From Candidatus Parcubacteria bacterium (GTDB taxonomy: Bacteria; Patescibacteriota; Minisyncoccia; UBA6257; HR35): a stretch of 64,000 nt of DNA. The stretch lies in NCBI GenBank assembly GCA_025999335.1, contig AP024681.1, positions 163,656 to 227,655 on the forward strand, read 5' to 3'. The translations under genes were made by a program, and so were the position numbers. This document shows, in pieces, positions 9,469-19,096 of the stretch. Numbering within the stretch: position 1 is the first letter of the stretch; each line of letters starts with the position of its first letter. The notes under the pieces were generated by a model, which saw only the letters and a list, made by a program, of their open reading frames with translations, had not been told where the DNA came from and searched no databases.

Positions 9469-10747
9469 TGCCCTTAGAAATTAATTTATGTTTATCAAAA
9501 AGATTATTAAATATCGCTTGACTATTTTCTGTCCAAGAAATCTTTAAGTCACTTAACAAATCTTTAGCAATATCCAAAGGTAAGCCATAAGATGTATATA
9601 AATAAAATATTTTTTCTCCTAAAGCAACTTCATCTTCATTGCCTTTAATAATCTTGTTAAACTGTCTTAAACCTGTAGTTAAAGTTTTTTCAAAAGATGT
9701 CATTTCATTATAAATTACTGATTTAATTTTATCAAAATTTTTTAATTCTGAATAAATATTATTATATTTATCCAAAACAGCTTTAATCAATTTTTCAACA
9801 TCATTCAAAGGAAAATGTAAAAATTTTAAATTAAGAGTTAGCCTTCTTAAAATTCTACGCAAAATATAACCTCTCTCTAAATTACTAGGATATAAACCAT
9901 CACCAATTAGAAATACACTGCTCCTTATATGATCCATTACAATTCGTGCTCTTTTAATATTATTATCTAAATCAAAATATTCGGCAAGAATTGATTTTAA
10001 AGAAGAGAAAAGATCAGTGTCAAAAACAGTTGGCGCTTTTTGAATAACTTTAACCAAACGTTCTAAACCCATACCTGTATCAACGCCGGGCATTTTTAAT
10101 TTCTCAAATTTTTTATTGCGATGTTGATAATATTCATTAAAAACTAAATTCCAAACTTCTATATTATCTATATATATTTCGGTAGTAGGACCACAAGGAC
10201 CTTCTTCGCCTGTTGGTCCCCAAAAATTATCATCGCGACCAGCTTTCTTAATTTGTTGATCGTCAAAGCCTATTTTTCTCCAAATATCATAACTTTCATT
10301 ATCAAAAGGGATATCGCTATCGCCTTCAAAAACAGTCACATAATCAATTGGCAATTTTAATTCCCGATGAATAAAATCAAAAGCCCAAGTAATAGCTGCC
10401 TGCTTAAAATATCCTTTATTTGAAAAATCATTAGGATCATCATTAACCACCGGACCAAAAGAAAAATTACCTAACATTTCAAAAAAAGTTAGATGCCGTT
10501 CATCGCCAATTTCATCTATATCGGTAGTGCGAAAACATTTTTGTATTGACGATACTCTAAAAGAACCAAAATCAGCTAAAGGATCTTGTTTTTGAACAAA
10601 GTAGTTTTTAAATTGCTGCATTCCCGCAGTAGTTAACAAAACTGAGGGATCGTTAGTAGGAATTAAAGAAGACGAAGGAATTATTTTATGTCCTCTCTTG
10701 CTAAAAAAATCACAAAATAATTTCCTTATTTCTTCTGAAGTTATCAT
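9461..10747 (-). CDS. alaS: Alanine--tRNA ligase, catalytic plus tRNA-recognition domains only (no editing/C-Ala domains)
   Basis: FKNYFVQKQD...IQKCFRTTDIDEIGDERHLTFFEMLGNFSFG matches AlaRS class II motifs; DTGMGLERL; ends near the position equivalent to E. coli AlaRS residue ~440. Confidence 0.8.
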   Translation of the reverse strand: MITSEEIRKLFCDFFSKRGHKIIPSSSLIPTNDPSVLLTTAGMQQFKNYFVQKQDPLADFGSFRVSSIQKCFRTTDIDEIGDERHLTFFEMLGNFSFGPVVNDDPNDFSNKGYFKQAAITWAFDFIHRELKLPIDYVTVFEGDSDIPFDNESYDIWRKIGFDDQQIKKAGRDDNFWGPTGEEGPCGPTTEIYIDNIEVWNLVFNEYYQHRNKKFEKLKMPGVDTGMGLERLVKVIQKAPTVFDTDLFSSLKSILAEYFDLDNNIKRARIVMDHIRSSVFLIGDGLYPSNLERGYILRRILRRLTLNLKFLHFPLNDVEKLIKAVLDKYNNIYSELKNFDKIKSVIYNEMTSFEKTLTTGLRQFNKIIKGNEDEVALGEKIFYLYTSYGLPLDIAKDLLSDLKISWTENSQAIFNNLFDKHKLISKGNE

Positions 10748-10771
10748 TTTATATTATTATAAAATAAAAAA

Positions 10772-12220
10772 TTATTTATTACGCATAAAAGGAAAATAAA
10801 TAATATCCTGGATATTTTTTTTGTTAAGCAAAATAGTAAATAGTCTATCTAAACCAATTCCCAGTCCCGCAGCTGGCGGCATAGCAAATTCTAAAGCCTC
10901 GATAAAAGTTTCATCAAAGGGATGCGCCTCGGCATCACCTTTGCGTAAAACACGCGCTTCTTTTTCAAAACGTTCTTTTTGATCAAGAGGATCGTTTAGC
11001 TCGGCAAAAGCATTGGCAATTTCAAAACCTCCTAAATACAATTGAAACCTTAAAGTTAAATTATCGTTTTGAGGATGAGCTTTAGCTAAAGGCGAAATAT
11101 CTTTAGGATGATAAAGTAAAAATGTTGGTTGGACAAGCTGGGGGCGGATCTTTTTTTTGAAAATTTCGTCAGCTATTTTACCTTTATTCATAACTTTAGG
11201 ATTTAAGTGAATGTCATTTTTCGAAGCGAAATTAATAAAATCTTGTAAGCTATTATGAAAATAATCCAAACCGGTAATTTCTTTAAACAAAGAAATATAT
11301 TCATAGCGTTGCCATTTTTTATCTAAATCAATTACATAATTATTAAAATTAATCGCTAAATTATTTTGCCCTCGCCATTGGTTATATTGTTTAATTAATT
11401 TTTTTAAAATTTTTTCAGTAAAACGCATTAATCCTTCTAAATTTTGATAAGCCCAATATAGTTCTATCATCGTAAATTCAGGGTTATGCTCACGGTCAAT
11501 GCCTTCATTGCGAAAATTTTTACCGATTTCAAAAATTTTTTCAAAGCCACCAACTAACATTTTTTTTAATGATATCTCTGGGGCAATACGTAAATAAAGT
11601 TTTTCTTTTAAAGATTCCAAATAAGTAACAAAAGGTTTAGCTAAAGCACCACCATATTTTAATTGCAAAATAGGCGTTTCTACTTCTAAAAATCCTTCTT
11701 GCCATAAAATTTTTCTCAAACTTTCTAATAATTTAAAACGATGATAAAAGACTGTTTTTGTTTCGTCATAAAAAATAGTTCGCAAGTAAGGATGACGCAA
11801 TAATAATTCTTCATCTTTAACCTTATAATATTCATTAGAAAAATTTTTTAAAACTTTTGCCCCTAAACACCACTTAGACGCTAAAAGACTTTTCTCTTTA
11901 GTTTTAGTAAGAAATGCTTCGCCATAAAACAAAACAATATCGCCAATATCTATAATTTTTAAAAATTGTTCATAGTTAGGTATTAATTCAGCTTTAATAA
12001 TAATCTGTACTTTGCCAGAAAAATCCTTAAGATTTAAAAAAGTAATCTTGCCATGTTCTCTCAAAGACATTACCCTACCCCCTAGCCAAACTTTTTTTTG
12101 TTGCTTTATCAATTTATCGAAATTATTTACTAATTTTTCAATTGCTAACGGCTTAGGCACTGTATCAGGATAAGGATTAATGCCTAAGTCTTTTATCATT
12201 TTTAATTTATCTTCAGGCAT
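10772..12220 (-). CDS. lysS: Lysine--tRNA ligase (class II)
   Basis: OB-fold N-domain; class II motifs (NPEFTMIELYWAY, GGFE...ELNDP, GLGIGLDRL). Confidence 0.9.
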   Translation of the reverse strand: MPEDKLKMIKDLGINPYPDTVPKPLAIEKLVNNFDKLIKQQKKVWLGGRVMSLREHGKITFLNLKDFSGKVQIIIKAELIPNYEQFLKIIDIGDIVLFYGEAFLTKTKEKSLLASKWCLGAKVLKNFSNEYYKVKDEELLLRHPYLRTIFYDETKTVFYHRFKLLESLRKILWQEGFLEVETPILQLKYGGALAKPFVTYLESLKEKLYLRIAPEISLKKMLVGGFEKIFEIGKNFRNEGIDREHNPEFTMIELYWAYQNLEGLMRFTEKILKKLIKQYNQWRGQNNLAINFNNYVIDLDKKWQRYEYISLFKEITGLDYFHNSLQDFINFASKNDIHLNPKVMNKGKIADEIFKKKIRPQLVQPTFLLYHPKDISPLAKAHPQNDNLTLRFQLYLGGFEIANAFAELNDPLDQKERFEKEARVLRKGDAEAHPFDETFIEALEFAMPPAAGLGIGLDRLFTILLNKKNIQDIIYFPFMRNK

Positions 12221-12245
12221 CGTAATTATATAAATAAATTAATTT

Positions 12246-13469
12246 TTAATGACCCCTTAATTGCAATTGATTTGAAATTTGCTGATAAATTGGCACTAAA
12301 ACTGCTAAAGCAACTACGCCAACCATTAAACCTATAAAAACTAATAATAAAGGCTGAATTAAATTTAAAACGTTCTTAACGCTACTACGAAATTCATCTA
12401 AGTAAAAATCTTCTAATACCTTTAAAGTATCTTCCAAAGTTCCTGTTTCAGAAGCAATAGCTAAAATACTTGACAAAAACATTGGAATAACATCTTGTTT
12501 TTTTAAAGCATCTCCAAACTTACGTCCTGTTTTTAATTCTTTTTCAATTTCTAAAATTGCTTCTTTTAATTTGTAATAAGGGACAGCTTCAGCAGTAAGA
12601 ACCAGTGATTGAGTTAAAGGCAAACCAGCAATCAATAACGACCTCAAAATAAATAAAAATTGAATCAATGAATAACTTAAATAAAATCTATAAATTAAAG
12701 GTAAAGTAATTAGATACTTCGCTAACTTTGCTCTTGTTCGACGCATCATTAAAACTAAAACCAGTGCCAAAAAAAATATCAAAAAAATAGAACCTAAAAT
12801 TAATAAATTATCATTAATAAAATTACTAATATTAATCATAATTTTTGTAAAAAAAGGCGGCTCTGAAGAAAGTTGCGTCAGCAAAACACCAATTCGTGGC
12901 ATTACAAAAACAAAAAGAATAAACATAACAACGAAAGACAAAATAACAATAATTACAGGATAAATCATATTAGAAATTATTTCGCTTTTTATCTGTTTTT
13001 GTCTCTCTAAATTTTCTGCTAATTTGTTCAAATTATTAGCTAAATTACCCGATAATTCGCCGGCTTTAATAGTTTCCACTTCAATAGATGAAAAAACTTG
13101 GGGAAAATAAGAAAAAGTTTTATAAAAAGGTTCACCGCGCTGCAAATTATAGCTTAAATAAAACAAAAAATCTTTAGCGCTACCTTTAGCTTCTTTCATT
13201 AAAATTGATAAGCCGCTTTCTAAGCCTAATCCGGATTTTAAAATAACATAAAAATTCCTCATTAAAAATAATTTTGTTTTTAAATTGATACGAAAAAATA
13301 ATTTATAAAAAAAACGATATAGAAAAGTTTTTAATAAAGGTTTTACTTCAATGGGAGTCAGGTTATTTCTTAACAAAAATGCCACCACTTCTTCTTCTCG
13401 CGGCATAAATAAATTACCCTTATGAATCTTACCTTTATTATCGTAAGCTTTAAAACGATAAACAAGCAT
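12246..13469 (-). CDS. pilC: Type IV pilus / type II secretion platform protein (PilC/GspF family)
   Basis: Two GspF repeats separated by TM helices, length 407 aa, immediately downstream of the PilB ATPase gene. Confidence 0.75.
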   Translation of the reverse strand: MLVYRFKAYDNKGKIHKGNLFMPREEEVVAFLLRNNLTPIEVKPLLKTFLYRFFYKLFFRINLKTKLFLMRNFYVILKSGLGLESGLSILMKEAKGSAKDFLFYLSYNLQRGEPFYKTFSYFPQVFSSIEVETIKAGELSGNLANNLNKLAENLERQKQIKSEIISNMIYPVIIVILSFVVMFILFVFVMPRIGVLLTQLSSEPPFFTKIMINISNFINDNLLILGSIFLIFFLALVLVLMMRRTRAKLAKYLITLPLIYRFYLSYSLIQFLFILRSLLIAGLPLTQSLVLTAEAVPYYKLKEAILEIEKELKTGRKFGDALKKQDVIPMFLSSILAIASETGTLEDTLKVLEDFYLDEFRSSVKNVLNLIQPLLLVFIGLMVGVVALAVLVPIYQQISNQLQLRGH

Positions 13470-15166
13470 TATTCTCTTATAATTCTTAAAGCTTCTTCGA
13501 GAGTTGTAATGCCGACAGAAATTTTATCTAAAGCATCTTCAAACATAGTTCGATAACCATGTTTACGAATAATATTTTTAATTTTATCCATTTCAAGATC
13601 CTTGCTCGCAATCAAATATTTTAATTCTTCGTTCATTGTTAAAGCTTCAAAAATGCCTATTCTGCCTAAATAACCACTATGCCCACAAAGATCACAACCC
13701 TTGCCAAAATAAACAATTGAAGGCAAAGAATTACTATAATTTTCTAAATCTTCTTCTGGTAATCTTAATGATTTTAATTGTTCCATAATAATTGTTCGTT
13801 TAGCTTGACTTAACTCTTCTGAAGTAATACAATTAGTACATATTTTTCTTGTTAATCTTTGCGCTAAAACTAAAACCAAACTATCGGCTATTAAATAATG
13901 AGGCACACCTAATTCCGCTAATCTAGGAACAGCTGTAGGCGCATCATTGGTATGCAAAGTTGACAATACTAAATGACCTGTTAAAGCTGCGTGATTAGCA
14001 ACTTCCGCGGTTTCTGAATCTCTGATCTCGCCAACCATAATAATATTAGGATCTTGTCTTAAAAAAGCTCGCAAGCCAGCAGCAAAAGTTAATCCTATTT
14101 TAGGGTTTACTTGAGTTTGATTGACGCGAGGAATAGCATATTCAACTGGATCTTCAATGGTAACAATATTAACTGAAGGGTTATTAAGCATATTAATAAT
14201 CGTATATAAAGTCGTTGTTTTACCAGAACCAGTAGGACCAGTAACCAAAATCAATCCAAAGGTTTTCTTAATAGATTGTTCTATTTTTTCTTTAATAACG
14301 CCAGTAACGCCTAATTCTTCTAAAGATGTTGGTTTAACATTTCCCGATAAAATTCTTAAAACAGATTTTTCACCATAAATAGTTGGCATAATAGCTACCC
14401 TCATATCAAATTCATTATCTGAAATTTTCATTTTAAATCTACCGTCTAAAGGTTTAAAATGCTCATCTAAAGGTAAATTACTTAAAACTTTAATGCGAGC
14501 TATAAAAGGATCTAAAAAACTTTTAGGCATTACCATTATATCTCTTAAAATACCATCAATACGAAAACGAACTAACAAAGCATTTTCTAAAGGTTCAATA
14601 TGAATATCAGAAGCATTAGTGCCAATAGCATAACCTAAAAGATTATTAAATAAACGCATAATATTAGCCTCGCCAGCTTCAAAGATTCCTGCATTTAAAT
14701 CTGATTGCAATAAACGTTCATATTCTTCTTTGTATAATTTTTGGTAATTTACCAAAGCGTACTGCAATTCTTGAGGCGTTACTAAATAGGGCTGCACTTT
14801 AAAACGTGTTATCTCTTCCAAAAGTTTAATAGTTTCTAAATCTTGAGGATTCAGCATTGCTACTTTTAAAACATTATTTTCCAAATCAAAAGGAATTAAT
14901 TTTTTTTCAAAAGCTAATTTTTGAGGTACTAATGCTAAAATATTTGGCTGAATATCAACTCCACCTATGTTAATTCGCGGCACTTTAATCTCTTCAGCAA
15001 GAATATTGTAGAATAAATTTAAATCAACAATTTTTCTATTTAAAATAATATCGATAGGCTTAATATTTAAGCGAGCAGCTTCTTTGCTAATTTCTTGCCA
15101 AATACTTTCATCAATTAAGCCTCTTTTAATTAAAATTTGTTTAATTTCTTCTTGGGGTAGTAACAT
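13469..15166 (-). CDS. pilB: Type IV pilus assembly ATPase (PilB/GspE family)
   Basis: GspE N-terminal domain; Walker A GPTGSGKTTTLY; Asp/His boxes; C-terminal CxxC...CxxC. Confidence 0.85.
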   Translation of the reverse strand: MLLPQEEIKQILIKRGLIDESIWQEISKEAARLNIKPIDIILNRKIVDLNLFYNILAEEIKVPRINIGGVDIQPNILALVPQKLAFEKKLIPFDLENNVLKVAMLNPQDLETIKLLEEITRFKVQPYLVTPQELQYALVNYQKLYKEEYERLLQSDLNAGIFEAGEANIMRLFNNLLGYAIGTNASDIHIEPLENALLVRFRIDGILRDIMVMPKSFLDPFIARIKVLSNLPLDEHFKPLDGRFKMKISDNEFDMRVAIMPTIYGEKSVLRILSGNVKPTSLEELGVTGVIKEKIEQSIKKTFGLILVTGPTGSGKTTTLYTIINMLNNPSVNIVTIEDPVEYAIPRVNQTQVNPKIGLTFAAGLRAFLRQDPNIIMVGEIRDSETAEVANHAALTGHLVLSTLHTNDAPTAVPRLAELGVPHYLIADSLVLVLAQRLTRKICTNCITSEELSQAKRTIIMEQLKSLRLPEEDLENYSNSLPSIVYFGKGCDLCGHSGYLGRIGIFEALTMNEELKYLIASKDLEMDKIKNIIRKHGYRTMFEDALDKISVGITTLEEALRIIRE

Positions 15167-15182
15167 TCATACTAATATTATA

Positions 15183-15848
15183 CTATTTTTGTAATAAATA
15201 ATTCGCTGTAAGCAAGTACTGAATTACAAACAAAAACCAAGCGTTTAATAACCAATAGTTCCTAAAAGAAAAAAGCATTTTATTAATCATCTGCTGTTGA
15301 TTGCTTAAAAAACTTTTATTGTTTAACAACAAATCCATTAATACTTTGCCTATTATTATTAATGATAGCATAAAAAATCCTAATAAAATAAAAACAAAAT
15401 TTAAAGGAAAAATAAATATTAAAGAAAGCAAAGGCATTAATATTCTTTCATCATCATAAAAAACATCGCGCTGGATAATTTTTGTTAGAAGAACGATAAA
15501 AAGATAAATAATCGCCGCAGCCACTAAACGATAAACAAAATCTCGAAAAAAATGAAAATAAGCATAATCTAAAAAATAATCAATTGGATTATATGGCGGT
15601 AAAACATATTTAGTGATAGGATGGTCCTGCCAAAGTTTATATTGCAACAATGATAAAAGCGCTGACCAAAATATAAAGGAAAAAATTAAAAGAAAAAATA
15701 AAGATTTATAAAGAAACATTTTTGTCTGCAAAGAAGTTCGTATAACGTAAAAAACAATGGTAATTATTAATAAGCTAACTAATGAAAAAGGAAAATAAAT
15801 ATCATTAAAAGTTAACAATAAATCGTTCAGAATATTTAAAAGTATCAT
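15183..15848 (-). CDS. Hypothetical polytopic membrane protein downstream of pilB
   Basis: Multiple TM segments; no clear prepilin peptidase motifs found. Confidence 0.4.
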   Translation of the reverse strand: MILLNILNDLLLTFNDIYFPFSLVSLLIITIVFYVIRTSLQTKMFLYKSLFFLLIFSFIFWSALLSLLQYKLWQDHPITKYVLPPYNPIDYFLDYAYFHFFRDFVYRLVAAAIIYLFIVLLTKIIQRDVFYDDERILMPLLSLIFIFPLNFVFILLGFFMLSLIIIGKVLMDLLLNNKSFLSNQQQMINKMLFSFRNYWLLNAWFLFVIQYLLTANYLLQK

Positions 15849-15862
15849 ATTATAATTATATT

Positions 15863-16333
15863 ATGAAAAATATCAACAAAGGTTTATCGCTACTTGAAAT
15901 TATCATTAGCCTTGGCTTAATTGCTACAATTTTAGCAACGATTATATATATATCAATTAATGTCTATAATAATGAAACGAGACTTAATCAAAATGTTGAT
16001 TATATTATAAATATTTTAAATATAGCTAAACAAAAATCTATTATTCAAGAAAAAAATCAACAGTGGGGAGTAATTTTAAAAAATAATGCCACTACAGCTG
16101 ATTATATTCAATTATTTTATAATCAACCTTTAGCAACATCTATTGAACGAACGTTTATCTTAGATCAAAATATCAATTTTGTTAATATCCCAACAAACTC
16201 TACAAAAATAATAATTTTCGAAAAATTAAAAGGAAAAACAACATCAACTAATATAGAAATTAGTTTTGGTCAAACTAAAAAAAATATTATGATTAATACC
16301 AGCGGCTTAATTTTTGCCACTTCGTCCCTGTAA
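15863..16333 (+). CDS. Type IV pilin / pseudopilin-like protein
   Basis: Class III signal: NKG|LSLLEIIISLGLIATILA with Glu at +5, then hydrophobic helix; divergent from the pilB-pilC operon. Confidence 0.7.
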   Translation: MKNINKGLSLLEIIISLGLIATILATIIYISINVYNNETRLNQNVDYIINILNIAKQKSIIQEKNQQWGVILKNNATTADYIQLFYNQPLATSIERTFILDQNINFVNIPTNSTKIIIFEKLKGKTTSTNIEISFGQTKKNIMINTSGLIFATSSL

Positions 16334-16354
16334 TTAAATTCAAAAACATTAATT

Positions 16355-16768
16355 TTAGATGTCGATAATAAACTCAAAAATATAGCGATTATTTTTTTTA
16401 ACAAAAAGACATTGATGATAAGTAACCGCTTTTATTTCTTTAACTAAAGAAATAAAACTATATCCCTTTAAATATCCTTGTAAAATAATTTTCGGTGGTT
16501 TATTAATTATACTTCCCTCAAATTCAATAAAAAATATATTTTTAGCATAAATATAATTTAAAACTTTATTTAAAAAATCAACAAATAAAATCGGAACATC
16601 AAAAGATTGCACTTTAATTTTTTGCCTAACTTCTAAGCTATCTGACTTTATTTTAGGCAGCATAAACTTTTTTAAAGCATCAAGACTATTATTAATAACC
16701 TCTAAATAGTCTTGACCATAAACTCTAATTTTATAATCAGCCGTATGCTTAAGATATCTAAATTTCAT
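16355..16768 (-). CDS. Archease family protein
   Basis: N-terminal KHTADYKIRVYG and C-terminal KAVTYHQ...FIIDI match archease hallmarks; start ATG overlaps the serS TGA stop (ATGA). Confidence 0.8.
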   Translation of the reverse strand: MKFRYLKHTADYKIRVYGQDYLEVINNSLDALKKFMLPKIKSDSLEVRQKIKVQSFDVPILFVDFLNKVLNYIYAKNIFFIEFEGSIINKPPKIILQGYLKGYSFISLVKEIKAVTYHQCLFVKKNNRYIFEFIIDI

Positions 16769-18024
16769 TTAGCTGGAGGTACAATTTTATCTTTGCGCAT
16801 ATAAGGTTGTAAAACTTCAGGAATTTCGATGTAATTATCCTTTTGATAATTTTCTAAAATAGCGATGATTATTCTACCAATAGCTACAGCGGTAGCGTTT
16901 AAAGTATGAATAAATTCTATTTTTCCACTGCGACGACGAAATCTCGCGTTAACTCCGCGAGCTTGAAAATCAGTAGTATTGGAACAAGAATGTGTTTCTC
17001 GATATCTATTTTGACTTGGTATCCAAGCTTCAATGTCGTATTGTTTGTAATCAGTAAAACCAATATCGCCAGAACATATTAAAACAACACGATAAGGTAA
17101 TTTTAAAGCCTGCATAATTTTTTCTTGCAAAGAAAGCAAAAATTGATGTTCAGTTTCTGATTGTTCAGGTAAGGTAAAGGAAAACATTTCCAATTTATCA
17201 AATTGATGTGTTCTTAAAATTCCTTTTACATCTTTACCATAACTTCCAGCTTCTCGCCGAAAACACGAAGAAAATCCTAAAAAACGTTTAGGCAATTCTT
17301 TTTCTGATAAGACTTCGTCAGCATAATAAGGTCCAATTGTATGTTCAGCGCTACCTATTAAATACAAATCGTCTTTAGGTAAATAATACCTTTCCTCTTT
17401 TTGATCAGCCGCTAATCTACCCATACCCTTATAATATTTTTCTCTAATAAAAAAAGGAGGAATAATGGGAATAAAATCAAAATTTTTTAAAAAATCAAAA
17501 ACAAAATTAATCAAACTAAACTCTAATAAAACTAAATCATTTTTAAAATAATAAAAACGAGAACCGGCAATTTTAGCTGCTCTATCAATATCTAAAATAT
17601 CGTATTTCTTGCCTAAAAAAATATGATCATACTGATGATCAGTTTTTTTGATATCACCCCATTGTTTTATAACTAAATTATCTTTTTCACTTTTACCTAA
17701 AGGAACATCGCTAGCAATAATATTTGGCAAATTAAACAAATAATCATTCAGCTGTGATGTTTTTGCCTCAATAGAATCGTCTATTTTTTTTAAATCAATT
17801 TTTAATTGACGAAGATAATCAATAGTCTCATTATCGGGTTTAGTTTTCGATAATTTATTAACTGTTTCTTTTAAATGATTTCTTTGGACAATCAAATTGT
17901 TAATCTCAGTTTTTAAATCAATAATCTTGTCAATAATAGCTATATCTTTTTCTTGCCAATTTCTTTTCTTTAAATTATCTCTATATTTATTCGGATTTTT
18001 TAACAAATCTTTAATATCTATCAT
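16765..18024 (-). CDS. serS: Serine--tRNA ligase
   Basis: N-terminal coiled-coil tRNA-binding arm; class II motifs (GFSSCFRREAGSYGKDVKGILRTHQFDKLEMF). Confidence 0.9.
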   Translation of the reverse strand: MIDIKDLLKNPNKYRDNLKKRNWQEKDIAIIDKIIDLKTEINNLIVQRNHLKETVNKLSKTKPDNETIDYLRQLKIDLKKIDDSIEAKTSQLNDYLFNLPNIIASDVPLGKSEKDNLVIKQWGDIKKTDHQYDHIFLGKKYDILDIDRAAKIAGSRFYYFKNDLVLLEFSLINFVFDFLKNFDFIPIIPPFFIREKYYKGMGRLAADQKEERYYLPKDDLYLIGSAEHTIGPYYADEVLSEKELPKRFLGFSSCFRREAGSYGKDVKGILRTHQFDKLEMFSFTLPEQSETEHQFLLSLQEKIMQALKLPYRVVLICSGDIGFTDYKQYDIEAWIPSQNRYRETHSCSNTTDFQARGVNARFRRRSGKIEFIHTLNATAVAIGRIIIAILENYQKDNYIEIPEVLQPYMRKDKIVPPAK

Positions 18025-18039
18025 TGTATAATTATACTA

Positions 18040-18702
18040 ATGAAAAAAAAGCGCCGATATAAAAATTTTTTATTAATTTTTTGTGTCTTTATTATTTTAA
18101 TTATACTATTTTTTTTATTTTTTAAATTTTCAAACATTAATATAGAACCTAAAAAATTTGACCCAATTCTAGGTTATTATTTTAAAAACCAATCTCTTTG
18201 GACAATTTTTAATAATAGTAGGTATATTATGGCAACCTTTCCAGAAATTATTAGAATTAGCATTAAGCCAAATTTTTTTAAACTTAATATTACAATTACT
18301 ATTAATGAAACAACGTATGTTGCTAAAATATGCTATCAAGAAGAATGTTCTTATTTAGATATATTTGCTCGCATTATCAAACCCAAACTGACGGTTCCCG
18401 AAAAGTTACCTTTTATTCAATCATATATTCAAATTACTAATAACTCTATGCTCCACCCGCTTTTACAAAATGCCTTAGCCACAATTTTTGAATATGCTAA
18501 TTGGAAGCCTGTCATAATTAAAAAGATTATTATTTATTCTAATTTAGATATTGCTATAATTGACAGTCTAGATAGAGAATTTATTTTCGATCCCTATAAA
18601 GATATTGAACAACAAATAAAAAAGATGGAAATATTTATTAATAAAAAAATAGAAGGCAAAAGAATTGATTTAAGAATTAATAAAAAAATTTATTTCTATT
18701 AA
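18040..18702 (+). CDS. Hypothetical membrane-anchored protein (possibly FtsQ/POTRA-like)
   Basis: Basic N-terminus, one TM, then about 170-aa soluble domain; no diagnostic motif. Confidence 0.35.
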   Translation: MKKKRRYKNFLLIFCVFIILIILFFLFFKFSNINIEPKKFDPILGYYFKNQSLWTIFNNSRYIMATFPEIIRISIKPNFFKLNITITINETTYVAKICYQEECSYLDIFARIIKPKLTVPEKLPFIQSYIQITNNSMLHPLLQNALATIFEYANWKPVIIKKIIIYSNLDIAIIDSLDREFIFDPYKDIEQQIKKMEIFINKKIEGKRIDLRINKKIYFY

Positions 18703-18710
18703 ATAAAAAT

Positions 18711-18750
18711 AGCCTCTAAGTTAAAATTTCTTAGAGGCTATTTTATTTAG
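18711..18750. terminator. Bidirectional rho-independent terminator hairpin between convergent genes
   Basis: AGCCTCTAAG-ttaaaattt-CTTAGAGGCT gives a 10-bp perfect stem, flanked by T-runs on both strands. Confidence 0.7.
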
Positions 18751-18756
18751 TATTTT

Positions 18757-18924
18757 TTAATTTCTAGGAGGCAAGCATTCGCGATGATAGATAGGCACAT
18801 CTTTTTTCGAAGGAATAAAAGGCAATGATTCTATGTCTTGCCCACATTTACTGCATATCCATCGTTCACCGTCTTTAGGTTTAAACTGACGAGCTGGTCC
18901 TCCCTTGCGAAACTGTTTAAACAT
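18757..18924 (-). CDS. Small (55-aa) zinc-ribbon-like protein, not in the supplied ORF track
   Basis: Manual translation gives MFKQFRKGGPARQFKPKDGERWICSKCGQDIESLPFIPSKKDVPIYHRECLPPRN with CxxC...HxxC; ends at the bidirectional terminator. Confidence 0.35.
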   Translation of the reverse strand: MFKQFRKGGPARQFKPKDGERWICSKCGQDIESLPFIPSKKDVPIYHRECLPPRN

Positions 18925-19096
18925 ATCTTTGTCTATGAATTTTAAGGTTTAATAACGACTCTTAAACCATTAATCGGAGCGACAGTTTCACCTTAAAACC
19001 CATAGATAAAGATATGGGAGATGACGGTTGTACCATATCACACTCCGACTAATAGATATCTTCTATTATAACATAAACACAAAGGAAACAAAAATA

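Noticed and set aside
15183-15848. Prepilin peptidase (PilD) call for the membrane protein after pilB
   Set aside because: No N-terminal CxxC...CxxC. No recognisable catalytic Asp pair in LxxD / GGDxK-like contexts. Position alone is insufficient.
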